Assembly: GCA_018402155.1 (NCBI GenBank)
Contig: JAGYJG010000001.1
Location: 418,831-482,830, forward strand
Reading direction: 5' to 3'
DNA length: 64,000 bases
Source of the DNA: Bacteroidia bacterium
GTDB lineage: Bacteria; Bacteroidota; Bacteroidia; NS11-12g; UBA9320
In this document: piece after piece, positions 11,701-21,572 of the stretch
Numbering within the stretch: the first letter of the stretch is position 1
How the letters are laid out: each line of letters opens with the position of its first letter
Position numbers and translations under genes: made by a program
The notes under the pieces: model-generated
What the model was told of the DNA's origin: nothing
The model's input: only the letters and a program-made list of their open reading frames with translations
The model's database searches: none

Positions 11701-14079
11701 TTAAAGCTGAGCTTGAATACTGAAGATAATATTGCGACCGGGGGCGGTGATACCAGATCCATATGGCCTGTAGCGTTTATCCATTACGTTCTCTAGAGCC
11801 ACATTTGCGGCTATATTGGAAGTAATAGGATAGACAAATCGCACGTTAAAAATAGCCCACGCTGGGGAGTAGGGGAGTCCTTGTTTATCTCTAGTATAAA
11901 GGTGTTTGTCTTCACGTTCGTTGATGGTGAATTGTGCATTGGAAAACTCTTGATTGTACTGTGCATACGCCACTAACTGTCCTTTTTTCATGGTGTAAAT
12001 TAGACTGGATCCGCCAAAATTTGGAGTAATATGTCGAATAGGCTCACCATCGCTCGCATTGCTTTGTAAAAGAGTGTACGTACTCTCCAACTTTAGAGTT
12101 TGATTTATTTCAAACAAAAGGGAAACCTGCAAACCGTAGACAGATGCAAAATCTTGATTTTGAAGTGTTTGTACACGGCTGAGTTGGTTATCATAAAGTA
12201 AGCTATCTGATCCGTTCAGAGTAGTTTCTGCAGTAGTTAATGCATTATCTAAATAGGTAAAAAATAAAGAGGTATTTAGTTTTATACTATTGGAAAATAG
12301 GTATTCTCCATTGATTTCTGCATTATAAGCATATTCGGGTTTTAAATTTGGATTTGGCACTGTGACAAAGCCTGGGTTGCTATCAAAGACCTTTGCAATG
12401 TCATCTATATTTGGTGATTTGAAGGCTGTGGAAAGTAAAGCACCAATAAAACCTTGATGCAGTTTCATAATATGTGACACGGAGCCCGTAATTGCTTTAT
12501 TGGTATTTTTGTAATGGTTTATTGGCAATTGATAAAAAGATGTATCAAATTCACCTTTGGTGCTTACCCTATTTAGTCTTATACCACCTTCTGTAGAGTG
12601 CCTTGGATTCCATTTTTTTAATAAATTGAGGTATAGTCCCTCAGAATTCCAGCTCGCTCCGTCTGGGTAGCGGGTGCTAGTAGCAGTACTTATTTCGGTG
12701 CTAATGTCTAGAATATTGCCAGAACTTTTTAAACCGTTATGGATGTACTCCAAGCCGTAGCTCAAGTTTAAGCGATTATTGAGCCTTTTTTGTACGTCAA
12801 TGTTGGCACTCAATGCCAATAAATTTTCGGTACGTTGCCTCAGCTCATTCTGTCCAAATTTACGGTCATTCCTGCTTTCTTCAAAAGATTGTTGTGCGAC
12901 AATAATCTTCATTCCGTCACTCCATTTTGTTTCTCTAATATTCTCATAGCTCAAGTTGTTCATAAGCCACTGTTGTGGCCCATAATACCAATCTCCGTTT
13001 GTTAGTCCATTACTGTCGCGCAATAGTAACCTATCATAGCGAGGGTTATTGGATGTGCTGCTCCAATGTAGCCCGTATTTTAGTGTTTCGTATTTGCTGA
13101 GTTTGTAGGCAAACTTCTGCATCAAATTCAGTTGACGATAGGCACTAAATTGCTGTATTTCAGGGTCATTATTGGTTACCAAGGTATCACCTTTGTGTGG
13201 TCTGTGTATCACATAGTCTGGTCTCAGATAGTCGGCTGGGCCATTACTCCCCATTTTGAGATCACCAAAACTTGAAAAAGAAATGCTAGTAAGCGATGAT
13301 ATTTGCTTGTTACTAAAGCCATAGTCAAAATGCCAAGTACCTGCATTATTTGCCGATCCATAGCGAGCGGTTATATTCCCTCCGTGGGTCATACTGTCAC
13401 CAAAATCAATATTTTTGGTTGAAAAGCTAAGAACTCCTCCAATGGCATCACTGCCATAAAATTGACTTGCTGGCCCAAAAATAACCTCGCTACTGGCAAT
13501 ACTGAAAGGGTCTATACTTAATACGTTTTGTACATTGCCTGCCCGAAAAATGGCCGTGTTCATTCTCACTCCATCTACTACCAGCAGTATTCTGTTAGTA
13601 GCAAACCCTCTAATCATAGGGCTGCCTCCTCCTTGTTGACTTTTTTGTATATAGACTTTGTTGTTTATTGTTAGCATATCTGCAGAGGTTTGTGGCTGAA
13701 AAATCCCAATGTCTTTCGGATTTATTACATCTACATGTACAGCTATATCTGAGGTAAGTCGTTTACCTCTGCGTGGTGTTATGATTACCGGACTAAAACT
13801 GTTGGTTTTATGGCTCAACATGAAGGTTGATCCTATTTTTAAAACATTTCTAGTGAATGTTTTGGTGTGAAAATTGGTGTGAGACAATTTCCAAGTGTTG
13901 CTTTTAATTGACGCTGTGTCTATATAAATGACACCCTCATCATTTGAAATGCCCAAATAACGATTTTCTCCAAAAAGTTGAACTCCTGCTATGGGCTGCA
14001 AAGAGGAGTTTACTACCTTGATTTGTGCAAAGAGTGCCTGTATAAGTAGAAGAAAAATGAAGGAGATTATTAATCTCAT
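11701..14079 (-). CDS. TonB-dependent receptor
   Basis: Signal peptide; plug motif QQGGGSPMIRGF..NRILLVVDGVRMN; NPNLKPE; C-terminal APGRN. The start is uncertain (ATG at 14079 or 14085). Confidence 0.9.
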   Translation of the reverse strand: MRLIISFIFLLLIQALFAQIKVVNSSLQPIAGVQLFGENRYLGISNDEGVIYIDTASIKSNTWKLSHTNFHTKTFTRNVLKIGSTFMLSHKTNSFSPVIITPRRGKRLTSDIAVHVDVINPKDIGIFQPQTSADMLTINNKVYIQKSQQGGGSPMIRGFATNRILLVVDGVRMNTAIFRAGNVQNVLSIDPFSIASSEVIFGPASQFYGSDAIGGVLSFSTKNIDFGDSMTHGGNITARYGSANNAGTWHFDYGFSNKQISSLTSISFSSFGDLKMGSNGPADYLRPDYVIHRPHKGDTLVTNNDPEIQQFSAYRQLNLMQKFAYKLSKYETLKYGLHWSSTSNNPRYDRLLLRDSNGLTNGDWYYGPQQWLMNNLSYENIRETKWSDGMKIIVAQQSFEESRNDRKFGQNELRQRTENLLALSANIDVQKRLNNRLNLSYGLEYIHNGLKSSGNILDISTEISTATSTRYPDGASWNSEGLYLNLLKKWNPRHSTEGGIRLNRVSTKGEFDTSFYQLPINHYKNTNKAITGSVSHIMKLHQGFIGALLSTAFKSPNIDDIAKVFDSNPGFVTVPNPNLKPEYAYNAEINGEYLFSNSIKLNTSLFFTYLDNALTTAETTLNGSDSLLYDNQLSRVQTLQNQDFASVYGLQVSLLFEINQTLKLESTYTLLQSNASDGEPIRHITPNFGGSSLIYTMKKGQLVAYAQYNQEFSNAQFTINEREDKHLYTRDKQGLPYSPAWAIFNVRFVYPITSNIAANVALENVMDKRYRPYGSGITAPGRNIIFSIQAQL

Positions 14080-14193
14080 ATACATTGTAAAAGCATATCT
14101 GTTTCCTAGTGTCAAAAAATATACCGAAATGTTAAAACTAATAGTAGGAGAGAGTGTTTAAGTACATAATAACACTATTCAAAATCAATAATC

Positions 14194-14826
14194 ATGAAAA
14201 AAGTATTTTTACTTACCGCCATTGCAGCGCTATTCGTTGCCTGTGGCAGTCCAAGTGCTTCTACGGAAGCAGGAGAAGCAAACGAAGCAGCAAATGCATC
14301 AGATTCTAGCACACAATATGAGGTGAGTGTGGCTGAAAGTTCAGTAAACTGGAAAGGTACCAAGCCTACAGGTTCTGCTCACGTAGGAACGGTGGCTATT
14401 AAAGAAGGTAAATTAGCTGTTACTGACGGTACCATCACTGCGGGTGGTTTTGTTATGGATCTTACACAATTGGCTGTTACAGACGAAGGAATGGATGAAG
14501 AAACTAGGGCAAAATTATTAGGTCACTTAACCACCAAAGATTTCTTTTTGGTAGAAGAATTTCCTACGGCTACTTTCGAAATCACCAACGCTACGGCAGA
14601 TAGTTTAACGGCAAATTTAACTATCAAAAATATTACAAAGTCAATTACAATTCCATATGTTACAGAGATAACAGAAGGAAGACTAAGTGCGAATTCTTCA
14701 TTTTCTATAGATAGAACACAATGGGGAGTTACTTTCAACAGCGGAAATTTCTTTGAAAACTTAGGAGAGTATCTAATTGACGATGCTATTCAGTTTAACG
14801 TTGCTATCGTGGCAAACGGTAAATAA
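14194..14826 (+). CDS. YceI family lipid/polyisoprenoid-binding lipoprotein
   Basis: Lipobox FVAC; WKGTK, HL...DFF...FPTATF and IDRTQWGV motifs. Confidence 0.9.
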   Translation: MKKVFLLTAIAALFVACGSPSASTEAGEANEAANASDSSTQYEVSVAESSVNWKGTKPTGSAHVGTVAIKEGKLAVTDGTITAGGFVMDLTQLAVTDEGMDEETRAKLLGHLTTKDFFLVEEFPTATFEITNATADSLTANLTIKNITKSITIPYVTEITEGRLSANSSFSIDRTQWGVTFNSGNFFENLGEYLIDDAIQFNVAIVANGK

Positions 14827-14842
14827 AAAAAATATAGTTTTT

Positions 14843-14881
14843 AAAGTCGCCACTACACTCTTGTAGTGGCGACTTTTTTTT
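14843..14881 (+). terminator. Intrinsic terminator after the YceI gene
   Basis: AAAGTCGCCACTACA-ctct-TGTAGTGGCGACTTT followed by a T-run. Confidence 0.85.
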
Positions 14882-14922
14882 GTTAATTTTTAGTTAGAGA
14901 AAGGAATATGTATTTTCGTTTT

Positions 14923-15093
14923 ATGAAAAAAGTATTGCTTCTATTGGGTTTAAGTTTATTCATAGGATTGTTATTACCGGGGTGTAAAGCAAAACATTGT
15001 GCCGCATTTCAAGACGACATGGAAGGTTACAAAAAGAAAAATGGCAAGAAAAAGAGAGGGAGACAAGAAGGCCTTTTCCCGCGAAATTTATAG
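14923..15093 (+). CDS. Small basic lipoprotein (56 aa), function unknown
   Basis: MKK, hydrophobic core, LPGC lipobox, Lys/Arg-rich tail ending GLFPRNL. Confidence 0.65.
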   Translation: MKKVLLLLGLSLFIGLLLPGCKAKHCAAFQDDMEGYKKKNGKKKRGRQEGLFPRNL

Positions 15094-15413
15094 TATTTTT
15101 AAGTAGTCAAATTGCTATGACTATAAGAAAGGCATGTAATAAAATCTTGTGGCTTTTAACCGCCAATCATAACATATCTTAATGTTTTTTTCTGTTGTCT
15201 TAGACTAGCTGCGATATATTGGTAAGCCATAAAGCACGATAGATAAATGATACTTTTGAACTACGCAAAATACAATTTGATTACTAGTGGTATTTGGAGT
15301 ATGTTGTATTTTTTTTATCATGAATCTTCATTTTAATAATAGGGAGGTATCCACTTCATTGCTAATTGTTTAGCCAGTTGAGAACAATGAAGGAACTCAG
15401 GTGTTAAGTTACT

Positions 15414-15581
15414 ATGTTTGGGTTATTTAAAAAGAAATCAGAAAAAGAAAAGTTGGAAGAGTTGTATGAAAAATTACTCGGAGAAGCACATAAACTAAGT
15501 ACCGTAAATAGGACTGCATCTGACGCAAAAGCAGCAGAAGCAGACGCTGTACTCAAAAAAATAGAGGGCTTAGAATCTTAA
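15414..15581 (+). CDS. Lacal_2735 family small protein (55 aa)
   Basis: Below the ORF-track cutoff. Manual translation MFGLFKKKSEKEKLEELYEKLLGEAHKLSTVNRTASDAKAAEADAVLKKIEGLES matches the family pattern as I recall it. Confidence 0.8.
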   Translation: MFGLFKKKSEKEKLEELYEKLLGEAHKLSTVNRTASDAKAAEADAVLKKIEGLES

Positions 15582-15643
15582 GTGTACCCATTTCTCTTAA
15601 ATAATTTAAGAGAAGGGCTAGTAAAATCAAATGCTAATAAGTA

Positions 15644-17113
15644 CTAGTCAAAATTTAACATGCTACCAAAAAGGTCTTTAAATTCAAGACCTTCTGCCAT
15701 TGTGTTTTTACTTAATTTACTGTATTCTGCTAAACCGTGTAGCACAAATTCCATCCAAAGCATTTTCTCGTTGGGATGAATTTCTGGAAGTTGTTCATCT
15801 ATAAATAGGGCTAGACCATCTACCGAGTTAAGTATCCTACCATATTCTTTATCACTCGAATCATTGGGAAGTTCTATGGTTTTCCCACGTTCAAACCAGT
15901 CCGTTATTCGGCTAAATGCTGTGTTGATGGGTTGCCCGTCTGCATCTTTGGTATTTAGTTTTTCTGGATTTGGAAAATGTTGAATAAATTCAGTTCGTAT
16001 AGCCTTACCTATTAATTGATTAGCTACGTTTATAGGTCCCTCCTGTTCACCTTCGTAAACCATCTCTATTTTGCCGGTAATTGCCGGAATGATAGCAGCT
16101 AGGTCACTAATTCTAACCAATGATTTCTTGTCCATGTTAATGGCTACACGGCGCTCTACACCGCTATAAATATTCTCTAATGCAGATATTGCTAGTCTAG
16201 CAGATACACCACTTTTTGCGTCTACAAATTCGCTAGTTCTAGCCTCTATAACGACTCTTTCAATGAGCGTCGGAATTAGGTCGTGTAAGATGACTACTTT
16301 ATCTTTTTGTGCATCTCTTTTGGCTTCTAGTGATGTTATGGACTTGCTCAACGCAAGAGTTTTGGGGTAGTGTGTTAGTATTTGGCTACCTATTCTGTCT
16401 TTAAGTGGCGTCACAATGCTGCCACGGTTGGTATAATCTTCAGGGTTTGCAGTAAAAACAAATTGCATATCAAGTTTCATTCTCATTTTGAAACCTCTTA
16501 TTTGGATGTCTCCCTCTTGTAGTATATTGAATAAAGCGACTTGTATGCGCGGTTGCAAATCAGGCAACTCATTTATTACAAAAATACAGCGATTTGCTCT
16601 TGGTATTATTCCATAGTGAATAACACGCTCATCATTGTAGCTTAATTTTTCGTTGATGGCTTTTATAGGGTCTACATCTCCTATAAGATCTGCTACAGAA
16701 ACGTCAGGTGTAGCCAATTTTTCTACGTATCGATCATCTCGGTGTAGCCAGGCTATTGGTGTCTGGTCACCGTGCTCTTTTAGCTGTTGCTTTCCAAAAT
16801 GTGATATGGGATGTAGCGGGTCGTCATTAGTTTCACTTCCGGCTATGTATGGGATATATTCATCTAGTAGATTAGTCAGCTGCCTAGCCATTTTAGTTTT
16901 GGCTTGTCCGCGTAGCCCAAGCAAATTTATACTGTGACCACTTAGAATGGCTCGTTCGAAGTCAGGAACCACAGTATTTTCATATCCTAATATGCCAGTA
17001 AATATTGGTTCTCTGGCAGCTAGTTTTTTGCGTAAGTTGCCTTTTAGTTCTTCGTGTATATTCTTAGTCTCGTAGTTCGAGGCTTTCAATTGACCTAGTG
17101 TTGTTGGTAGCAT
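15644..17113 (-). CDS. ChlI/MoxR-related AAA+ ATPase (often annotated magnesium chelatase)
   Basis: Deviant Walker A GLRGQAKT, Walker B-like FVINELPDL, ANPEDYTNRG; paired with a vWA gene. Confidence 0.85.
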   Translation of the reverse strand: MLPTTLGQLKASNYETKNIHEELKGNLRKKLAAREPIFTGILGYENTVVPDFERAILSGHSINLLGLRGQAKTKMARQLTNLLDEYIPYIAGSETNDDPLHPISHFGKQQLKEHGDQTPIAWLHRDDRYVEKLATPDVSVADLIGDVDPIKAINEKLSYNDERVIHYGIIPRANRCIFVINELPDLQPRIQVALFNILQEGDIQIRGFKMRMKLDMQFVFTANPEDYTNRGSIVTPLKDRIGSQILTHYPKTLALSKSITSLEAKRDAQKDKVVILHDLIPTLIERVVIEARTSEFVDAKSGVSARLAISALENIYSGVERRVAINMDKKSLVRISDLAAIIPAITGKIEMVYEGEQEGPINVANQLIGKAIRTEFIQHFPNPEKLNTKDADGQPINTAFSRITDWFERGKTIELPNDSSDKEYGRILNSVDGLALFIDEQLPEIHPNEKMLWMEFVLHGLAEYSKLSKNTMAEGLEFKDLFGSMLNFD

Positions 17114-17167
17114 TTATTCAGTTAAAATTGATTGTTCTATTTTTTTGGCGATTCGTATTGCTACAAC

Positions 17168-18259
17168 CTAAAACTTTTTTCTTTTGTTTTTGGCATAATC
17201 TGTAAATACAATTTCTCCTAGACCTTGCAGCCCCGTAAAAAAAGCTTTACCGTTATTAGTCTCAGTAAATTCTTCTACAAAATTTTGAAGATGAGGGTCT
17301 TGCGCTATCATAAAGGTCGTTATTTGGATGCCCAAACGACGGCAGGCAGCAGCCTCATTATAGCATTTGTTCACGATTTTTTTATCCAATCCAAAGCTAT
17401 TTTTGTAATAATTATTTCCTTCTTTTAAACAGCTTGGCTTACCATCTGTAATCATAAAAATTTGCTTATTCGGATTTCTTTTTCTGCGCAATAATTCTCG
17501 GGCAAGTTGTAAGCCCGCTACTGTATTGGTGTGGTATGGACCTACTTTTAGGTAAGGGAGCTCTTTTAGTGGTATTTGCCAAGCATCATTACCAAATACT
17601 AAAATGTCTAAGGTGTCTTTTGGAAATTGTGTTTTTATATATTCAGCCAAAGCAAGTGCTACTCGTTTAGCTGGAGTTATTCTATCTTCACCGTATAATA
17701 TCATACTGTGGCTGATATCTATCATTAGCACGGTACTAGTTTGGGTTTTGTACTCTTTTTCATTGACTATTAAATCTTTCGAAGTTATGAAATTAGTTCC
17801 CCCATTATTCAGTTGAGCATTTTTTATACTCTCTGTAAGGGCTATTTGATCAAGACTATCGCCGTACTGGTAGTTTCTGGCATCTGCTGTGCTCTCATCA
17901 CCTATACCTGTAAAACGGGTTTTATGGTTTCCTTTCCCAGATTTTTTTAGTTTCCCAAATACTTCAGATAGTGCGTTTTGCCGAATGGCTTGCTCCATCT
18001 TAGATGTTATATCATATTGTCCAGTGCGGGATTTTTCTGTCATATATCCCTTTGCCTTTAGGTCTTCTATGAAATGCCCCATACCGTATTCGTTGGTCGT
18101 TATGTTGTGTTGCTTGTCTAATTCGTTCATCCAATCTAGTGCTTCTGCAATATCTCCACTAGTGTAGAGCAACAATTGCTTGAGCAAGTCCATCAAGTTT
18201 TCGAAATTACTTCCGTTTGTTTTGGTGGGTATATATTTTGAAAATTGAAATCCTTTCAC
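17168..18259 (-). CDS. von Willebrand factor A (vWA) domain protein
   Basis: MIDAS-like DISHSM, HTNT and ITDG motifs; likely GTG start (MKGFQFSKY). Confidence 0.85.
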   Translation of the reverse strand: MKGFQFSKYIPTKTNGSNFENLMDLLKQLLLYTSGDIAEALDWMNELDKQHNITTNEYGMGHFIEDLKAKGYMTEKSRTGQYDITSKMEQAIRQNALSEVFGKLKKSGKGNHKTRFTGIGDESTADARNYQYGDSLDQIALTESIKNAQLNNGGTNFITSKDLIVNEKEYKTQTSTVLMIDISHSMILYGEDRITPAKRVALALAEYIKTQFPKDTLDILVFGNDAWQIPLKELPYLKVGPYHTNTVAGLQLARELLRRKRNPNKQIFMITDGKPSCLKEGNNYYKNSFGLDKKIVNKCYNEAAACRRLGIQITTFMIAQDPHLQNFVEEFTETNNGKAFFTGLQGLGEIVFTDYAKNKRKKF

Positions 18260-18314
18260 CTTATGTACAAAGAGTAACAAACGAAACTCTAAATGGGTTT
18301 ATGTCTGATTTAAA

Positions 18315-18701
18315 CTAGTATTTTTTGTAACCCACCCACCAGGCCCAAAGTATGAAAATAGGCTGACCGAGTAAGAGCCTTAGCCATGCTATCCAGGGAG
18401 CTACGCATAGGCCGCCCTGAATACAGCTGCCACTCTGTATAAAAAATAGATGAGAAGGTATAAGAAGAACTAGCAGCAGTATAGAACCCGTTGCCCCTAG
18501 TTTTCTGTACTTGCGCTGTAAGATAAGTGCACCCAATGCTAATTCAATTGCTCCTACTAGCAGATTTATTAATAGTGGTGCAGGCAGATAGTCTGGAATT
18601 AATGGAATATAATAGTCAGCATTTGCAAAATGATATCCACCAGCCAAAATGAAAAACACCCCCAATCCATGAGATAAATAGGGTTTTAGGTTAATTTCCA
18701 T
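18315..18701 (-). CDS. DoxX family membrane protein
   Basis: FFILAGGYHF, IPDYLP, GAIELALG and WLRLLLGQP motifs. Confidence 0.75.
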   Translation of the reverse strand: MEINLKPYLSHGLGVFFILAGGYHFANADYYIPLIPDYLPAPLLINLLVGAIELALGALILQRKYRKLGATGSILLLVLLIPSHLFFIQSGSCIQGGLCVAPWIAWLRLLLGQPIFILWAWWVGYKKY

Positions 18702-19069
18702 TGATAAGATTTATGTACCTTTTTTAAAATTAAAAAAAATGGAATCCACCATATAAAATCATTGGTAATAAGTGTGTAGATAAACTGCAACGGAACATTT
18801 CCGTTAGCATAGTTCACAAAGAAACCAATAGGGCCAAAAATTTTGCCTAAAAAACCAACGGCCACTATAGGCCAATGCACTACAGGATTGTATGAAGCCC
18901 ACCAATAGCCTAGTCCGTATACACCTATAACCATTCCCATTCCTTGCCACACCATAGGATGGTTGAGGGGATCCATCCCTACTAGTTCAAAAAAATGGTT
19001 GGGAAAAAGAACAACCCAAGCACCCCATATTAAGTTATAAATGGCAGCAAGTTTTAATGTCAATTGCAT
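18686..19069 (-). CDS. Conserved small membrane protein, function unknown
   Basis: Four TM helices; AAIYNLIWG, WQGMGMVIGVYG and NDFIWWIPF; overlaps the DoxX start. Confidence 0.7.
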   Translation of the reverse strand: MQLTLKLAAIYNLIWGAWVVLFPNHFFELVGMDPLNHPMVWQGMGMVIGVYGLGYWWASYNPVVHWPIVAVGFLGKIFGPIGFFVNYANGNVPLQFIYTLITNDFIWWIPFFLILKKVHKSYQWKLT

Positions 19070-19099
19070 AATTATCTTAACAAATAATTTTAAAAATAG

Positions 19100-19113
19100 T
19101 TGTTGTACAACAA
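19100..19113. promoter_or_regulatory. Perfect 14-bp palindrome, candidate operator
   Basis: TTGTTGTACAACAA, about 30 bp upstream of the start codon at 19069. Confidence 0.45.
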
Positions 19114-19365
19114 TAAATTGAATTAAGTATTACGCATGCAATTGGCTTTTTATTTTGGGTTTTGTATTCTAATCACTAGTGTCAAATACTACTGTTAAAT
19201 TTTGCAAATCCAAAGTACCAAATTATTATCTTGTTCCCCCTTCTTGAAAAAATGAGCCCTTTATCGTACTTACTTTGAAAGCCTCACTACGTTAGATTAG
19301 GAAGATATATTTCGTGACTTAAAAATCATGTGAACAATAAAAAAACTCCTCAAATATCTTTTGAT

Positions 19366-20538
19366 CTATTCGTCTAATGCCTCCAATAGTACTGAACAAA
19401 CCTCTATTATTTGTTCTTCGGTGATTATAAGTGGTGGCGAAATACGCAAGCACTCTAGATTATACAAAAACCAATCAATAATTACACCTCGTTCTATGCA
19501 TCTGGTCATGGTGCGTTCTACTTCATTAAATGAGTCTAGCTGAATAGCAAGCATAAGACCTTTGCCGCTTATTCCTTTTATTTTGGGATGAATAAGCAGT
19601 TTGCGGAATAAGGATTCTTTATGCGGTACAGTATCCATCAATTTGCTTTTTAGTAGATATTTAAGAGCTGCATTACCTGCAGCACAACTTACAGCGTGAC
19701 CACCAAAAGTAGTGATATGACCAAGTATAGGATTGTCACTAAGCCCATTCATTATTTCGTTGGAAGAAATAAATACCCCTATAGGCATGCCTCCTCCTAG
19801 TGCTTTGGCACTCAGCAATACATCAGGTACCACCTTATAATGTTCAAAGGCAAAGAGTTTTCCAGTTCGACCCATACCACTTTGTATTTCATCAAAAATA
19901 AGAAGTGTGCCTGTCTCTGTGCATTTTTTTCGTAGGGCCTCTAGAAAGGCAGGAGTAGCTGGTATATATCCCTTTTCGGCTTGTATGGGTTCTATAAATA
20001 CTGCTGCGGTTTGTTGGTCTATTACGTTTAGGGTTGACTCATTATTAAATTCAGCAAAATGAATGTTTGGAAGTAGAGGTTTGAATGGAGCGGCATAGTA
20101 CTCTTCGCTCATCATACTCAAAGAGCCACTAGTACTGCCATGATAGGCATTGCGCATTGCTACAATTTTTCCTCTTCTAGTATGTTTTTTTGCCAGCTTC
20201 ATAGCGCCCTCTACAGCTTCACTGCCGCTATTCAAAAAATAAAATGATTGCAAATTTTCTGGTAGTTCTTTTGCAAGATTCTTAGCTAATTTTATTTGTG
20301 GTCCAACTATATATTCGCCATATACCATTTGATGGCTGTATTTACTGGCTTGCTTTCGTATAGCTTTTACAATGTATTTGTTGTTATGACCAAGATTATT
20401 TACCGCAATACCGCTTATTAGGTCTATGTATGGGGTATTTATTTTATCGTATAAATAGATTCCTTCTCCCCGCACAAATTCATACATAGGTGGGGTAGGA
20501 GAGGTTTGTGCTAGGTATTTAAGAAATGATTTTTTGAT
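19366..20538 (-). CDS. Class III PLP-dependent aminotransferase (ArgD/ornithine aminotransferase-like)
   Basis: NSGSEAVEGA, FDEIQSGMGRTG, SAKALGGG and TTFGG motifs. The first ATG is at 20487, but the frame stays open to an ATC at 20538 (see findings). Confidence 0.85.
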   Translation of the reverse strand: MKKSFLKYLAQTSPTPPMYEFVRGEGIYLYDKINTPYIDLISGIAVNNLGHNNKYIVKAIRKQASKYSHQMVYGEYIVGPQIKLAKNLAKELPENLQSFYFLNSGSEAVEGAMKLAKKHTRRGKIVAMRNAYHGSTSGSLSMMSEEYYAAPFKPLLPNIHFAEFNNESTLNVIDQQTAAVFIEPIQAEKGYIPATPAFLEALRKKCTETGTLLIFDEIQSGMGRTGKLFAFEHYKVVPDVLLSAKALGGGMPIGVFISSNEIMNGLSDNPILGHITTFGGHAVSCAAGNAALKYLLKSKLMDTVPHKESLFRKLLIHPKIKGISGKGLMLAIQLDSFNEVERTMTRCIERGVIIDWFLYNLECLRISPPLIITEEQIIEVCSVLLEALDE

Positions 20539-20655
20539 GGGTCAAAAATACTATTTTTACTAAGGCTTTGTGGCATAAATCTTCAACAGACAATAGTACA
20601 AGACGGCATACATTAATGAAGCACTATTGCTACTTCATGATGGAGTTTATAGTTT

Positions 20656-20692
20656 AAAAAAAACCACTAGGATTTCCTTAGTGGTTTTTTTT
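20656..20692 (-). terminator. Terminator after HU (bidirectional shape)
   Basis: A8-CCACTAGG...CCTTAGTGG-T8. Confidence 0.75.
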
Positions 20693-20728
20693 GGTTTTCA
20701 AAAAAAATGTGAGGTCTGCACTCCCAGA

Positions 20729-21001
20729 TTAATTTACATTTTCTGAAAGTCCAGCTCCCGCTTTAAACTTTACAACATTTTTAGCAGAAATTTGAATTTC
20801 TTTACCTGTTCTTGGATTTCTTCCAGCTCTTGCAGCTCTTTTATTCACAGAGAAAGTTCCAAATCCTACAAGGACAAGTTTTTCACCATTTTTAAGGGCA
20901 GAAGCAGTGGAGTCCATAAATGCTTCTAAGGCATCACTAGCTTTTGCTTTGCTGATGCCAGCTTTATCAGCCATGGCTGATATTAAATCTGATTTGTTCA
21001 T
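20729..21001 (-). CDS. hup: DNA-binding protein HU
   Basis: MNKSDLI, GFGTF and GRNPRTG motifs. Confidence 0.97.
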   Translation of the reverse strand: MNKSDLISAMADKAGISKAKASDALEAFMDSTASALKNGEKLVLVGFGTFSVNKRAARAGRNPRTGKEIQISAKNVVKFKAGAGLSENVN

Positions 21002-21068
21002 ATACTTTTTGTTTTAGTGTTAATGTTAGTCCAATTTTAGCTTTAGATATGTCCGCTGGCAAGACCTG

Positions 21069-21572
21069 TTATCTATTTGTTGATAATTTCAAATAATTGA
21101 TAAGTCTTTGTATTTGCCAATTTTCATCTAAGTTTATTTTCAACTGACTATATTCATAATAAGTCACTCGCTTATGGTAGAGGGCTTCCAACTCTTCTTC
21201 AGTATGTTGAACTATAAGGGGTCTGTTTGCTAGGGCACCCAGCTGCTTTTGTAGTACTCTCCAAGGCTGAAAGAGATATACGGCTATACCAAACCGCAAG
21301 ATTTCACTATGATTGTTTAGATGGCACATGGTACCACCGCCCAAGGCCACTACGTGATTCTGTTTGATTGTGCATACATCTAGCAAAATCTCCCGCTCTA
21401 TTTCTCTAAATGCTTTTTCTCCGTGAGTATTGAAAATTTCAGGAATATCCTTTCCCATTTTTGTGTAAATCAAATCATCTAAATCTATGAAAGGCAAACC
21501 AAGAGACGTGCTTAGTTGCTTGCCGATTGTAGTTTTACCCACGCCCATATAACCTACCATGAAAATGTGCAT
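21069..21572 (-). CDS. aroK: Shikimate kinase
   Basis: GYMGVGKTT, GEKAFRE, ALGGG and NRPL; the ATG overlaps the upstream stop (TGATG). Confidence 0.92.
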   Translation of the reverse strand: MHIFMVGYMGVGKTTIGKQLSTSLGLPFIDLDDLIYTKMGKDIPEIFNTHGEKAFREIEREILLDVCTIKQNHVVALGGGTMCHLNNHSEILRFGIAVYLFQPWRVLQKQLGALANRPLIVQHTEEELEALYHKRVTYYEYSQLKINLDENWQIQRLINYLKLSTNR

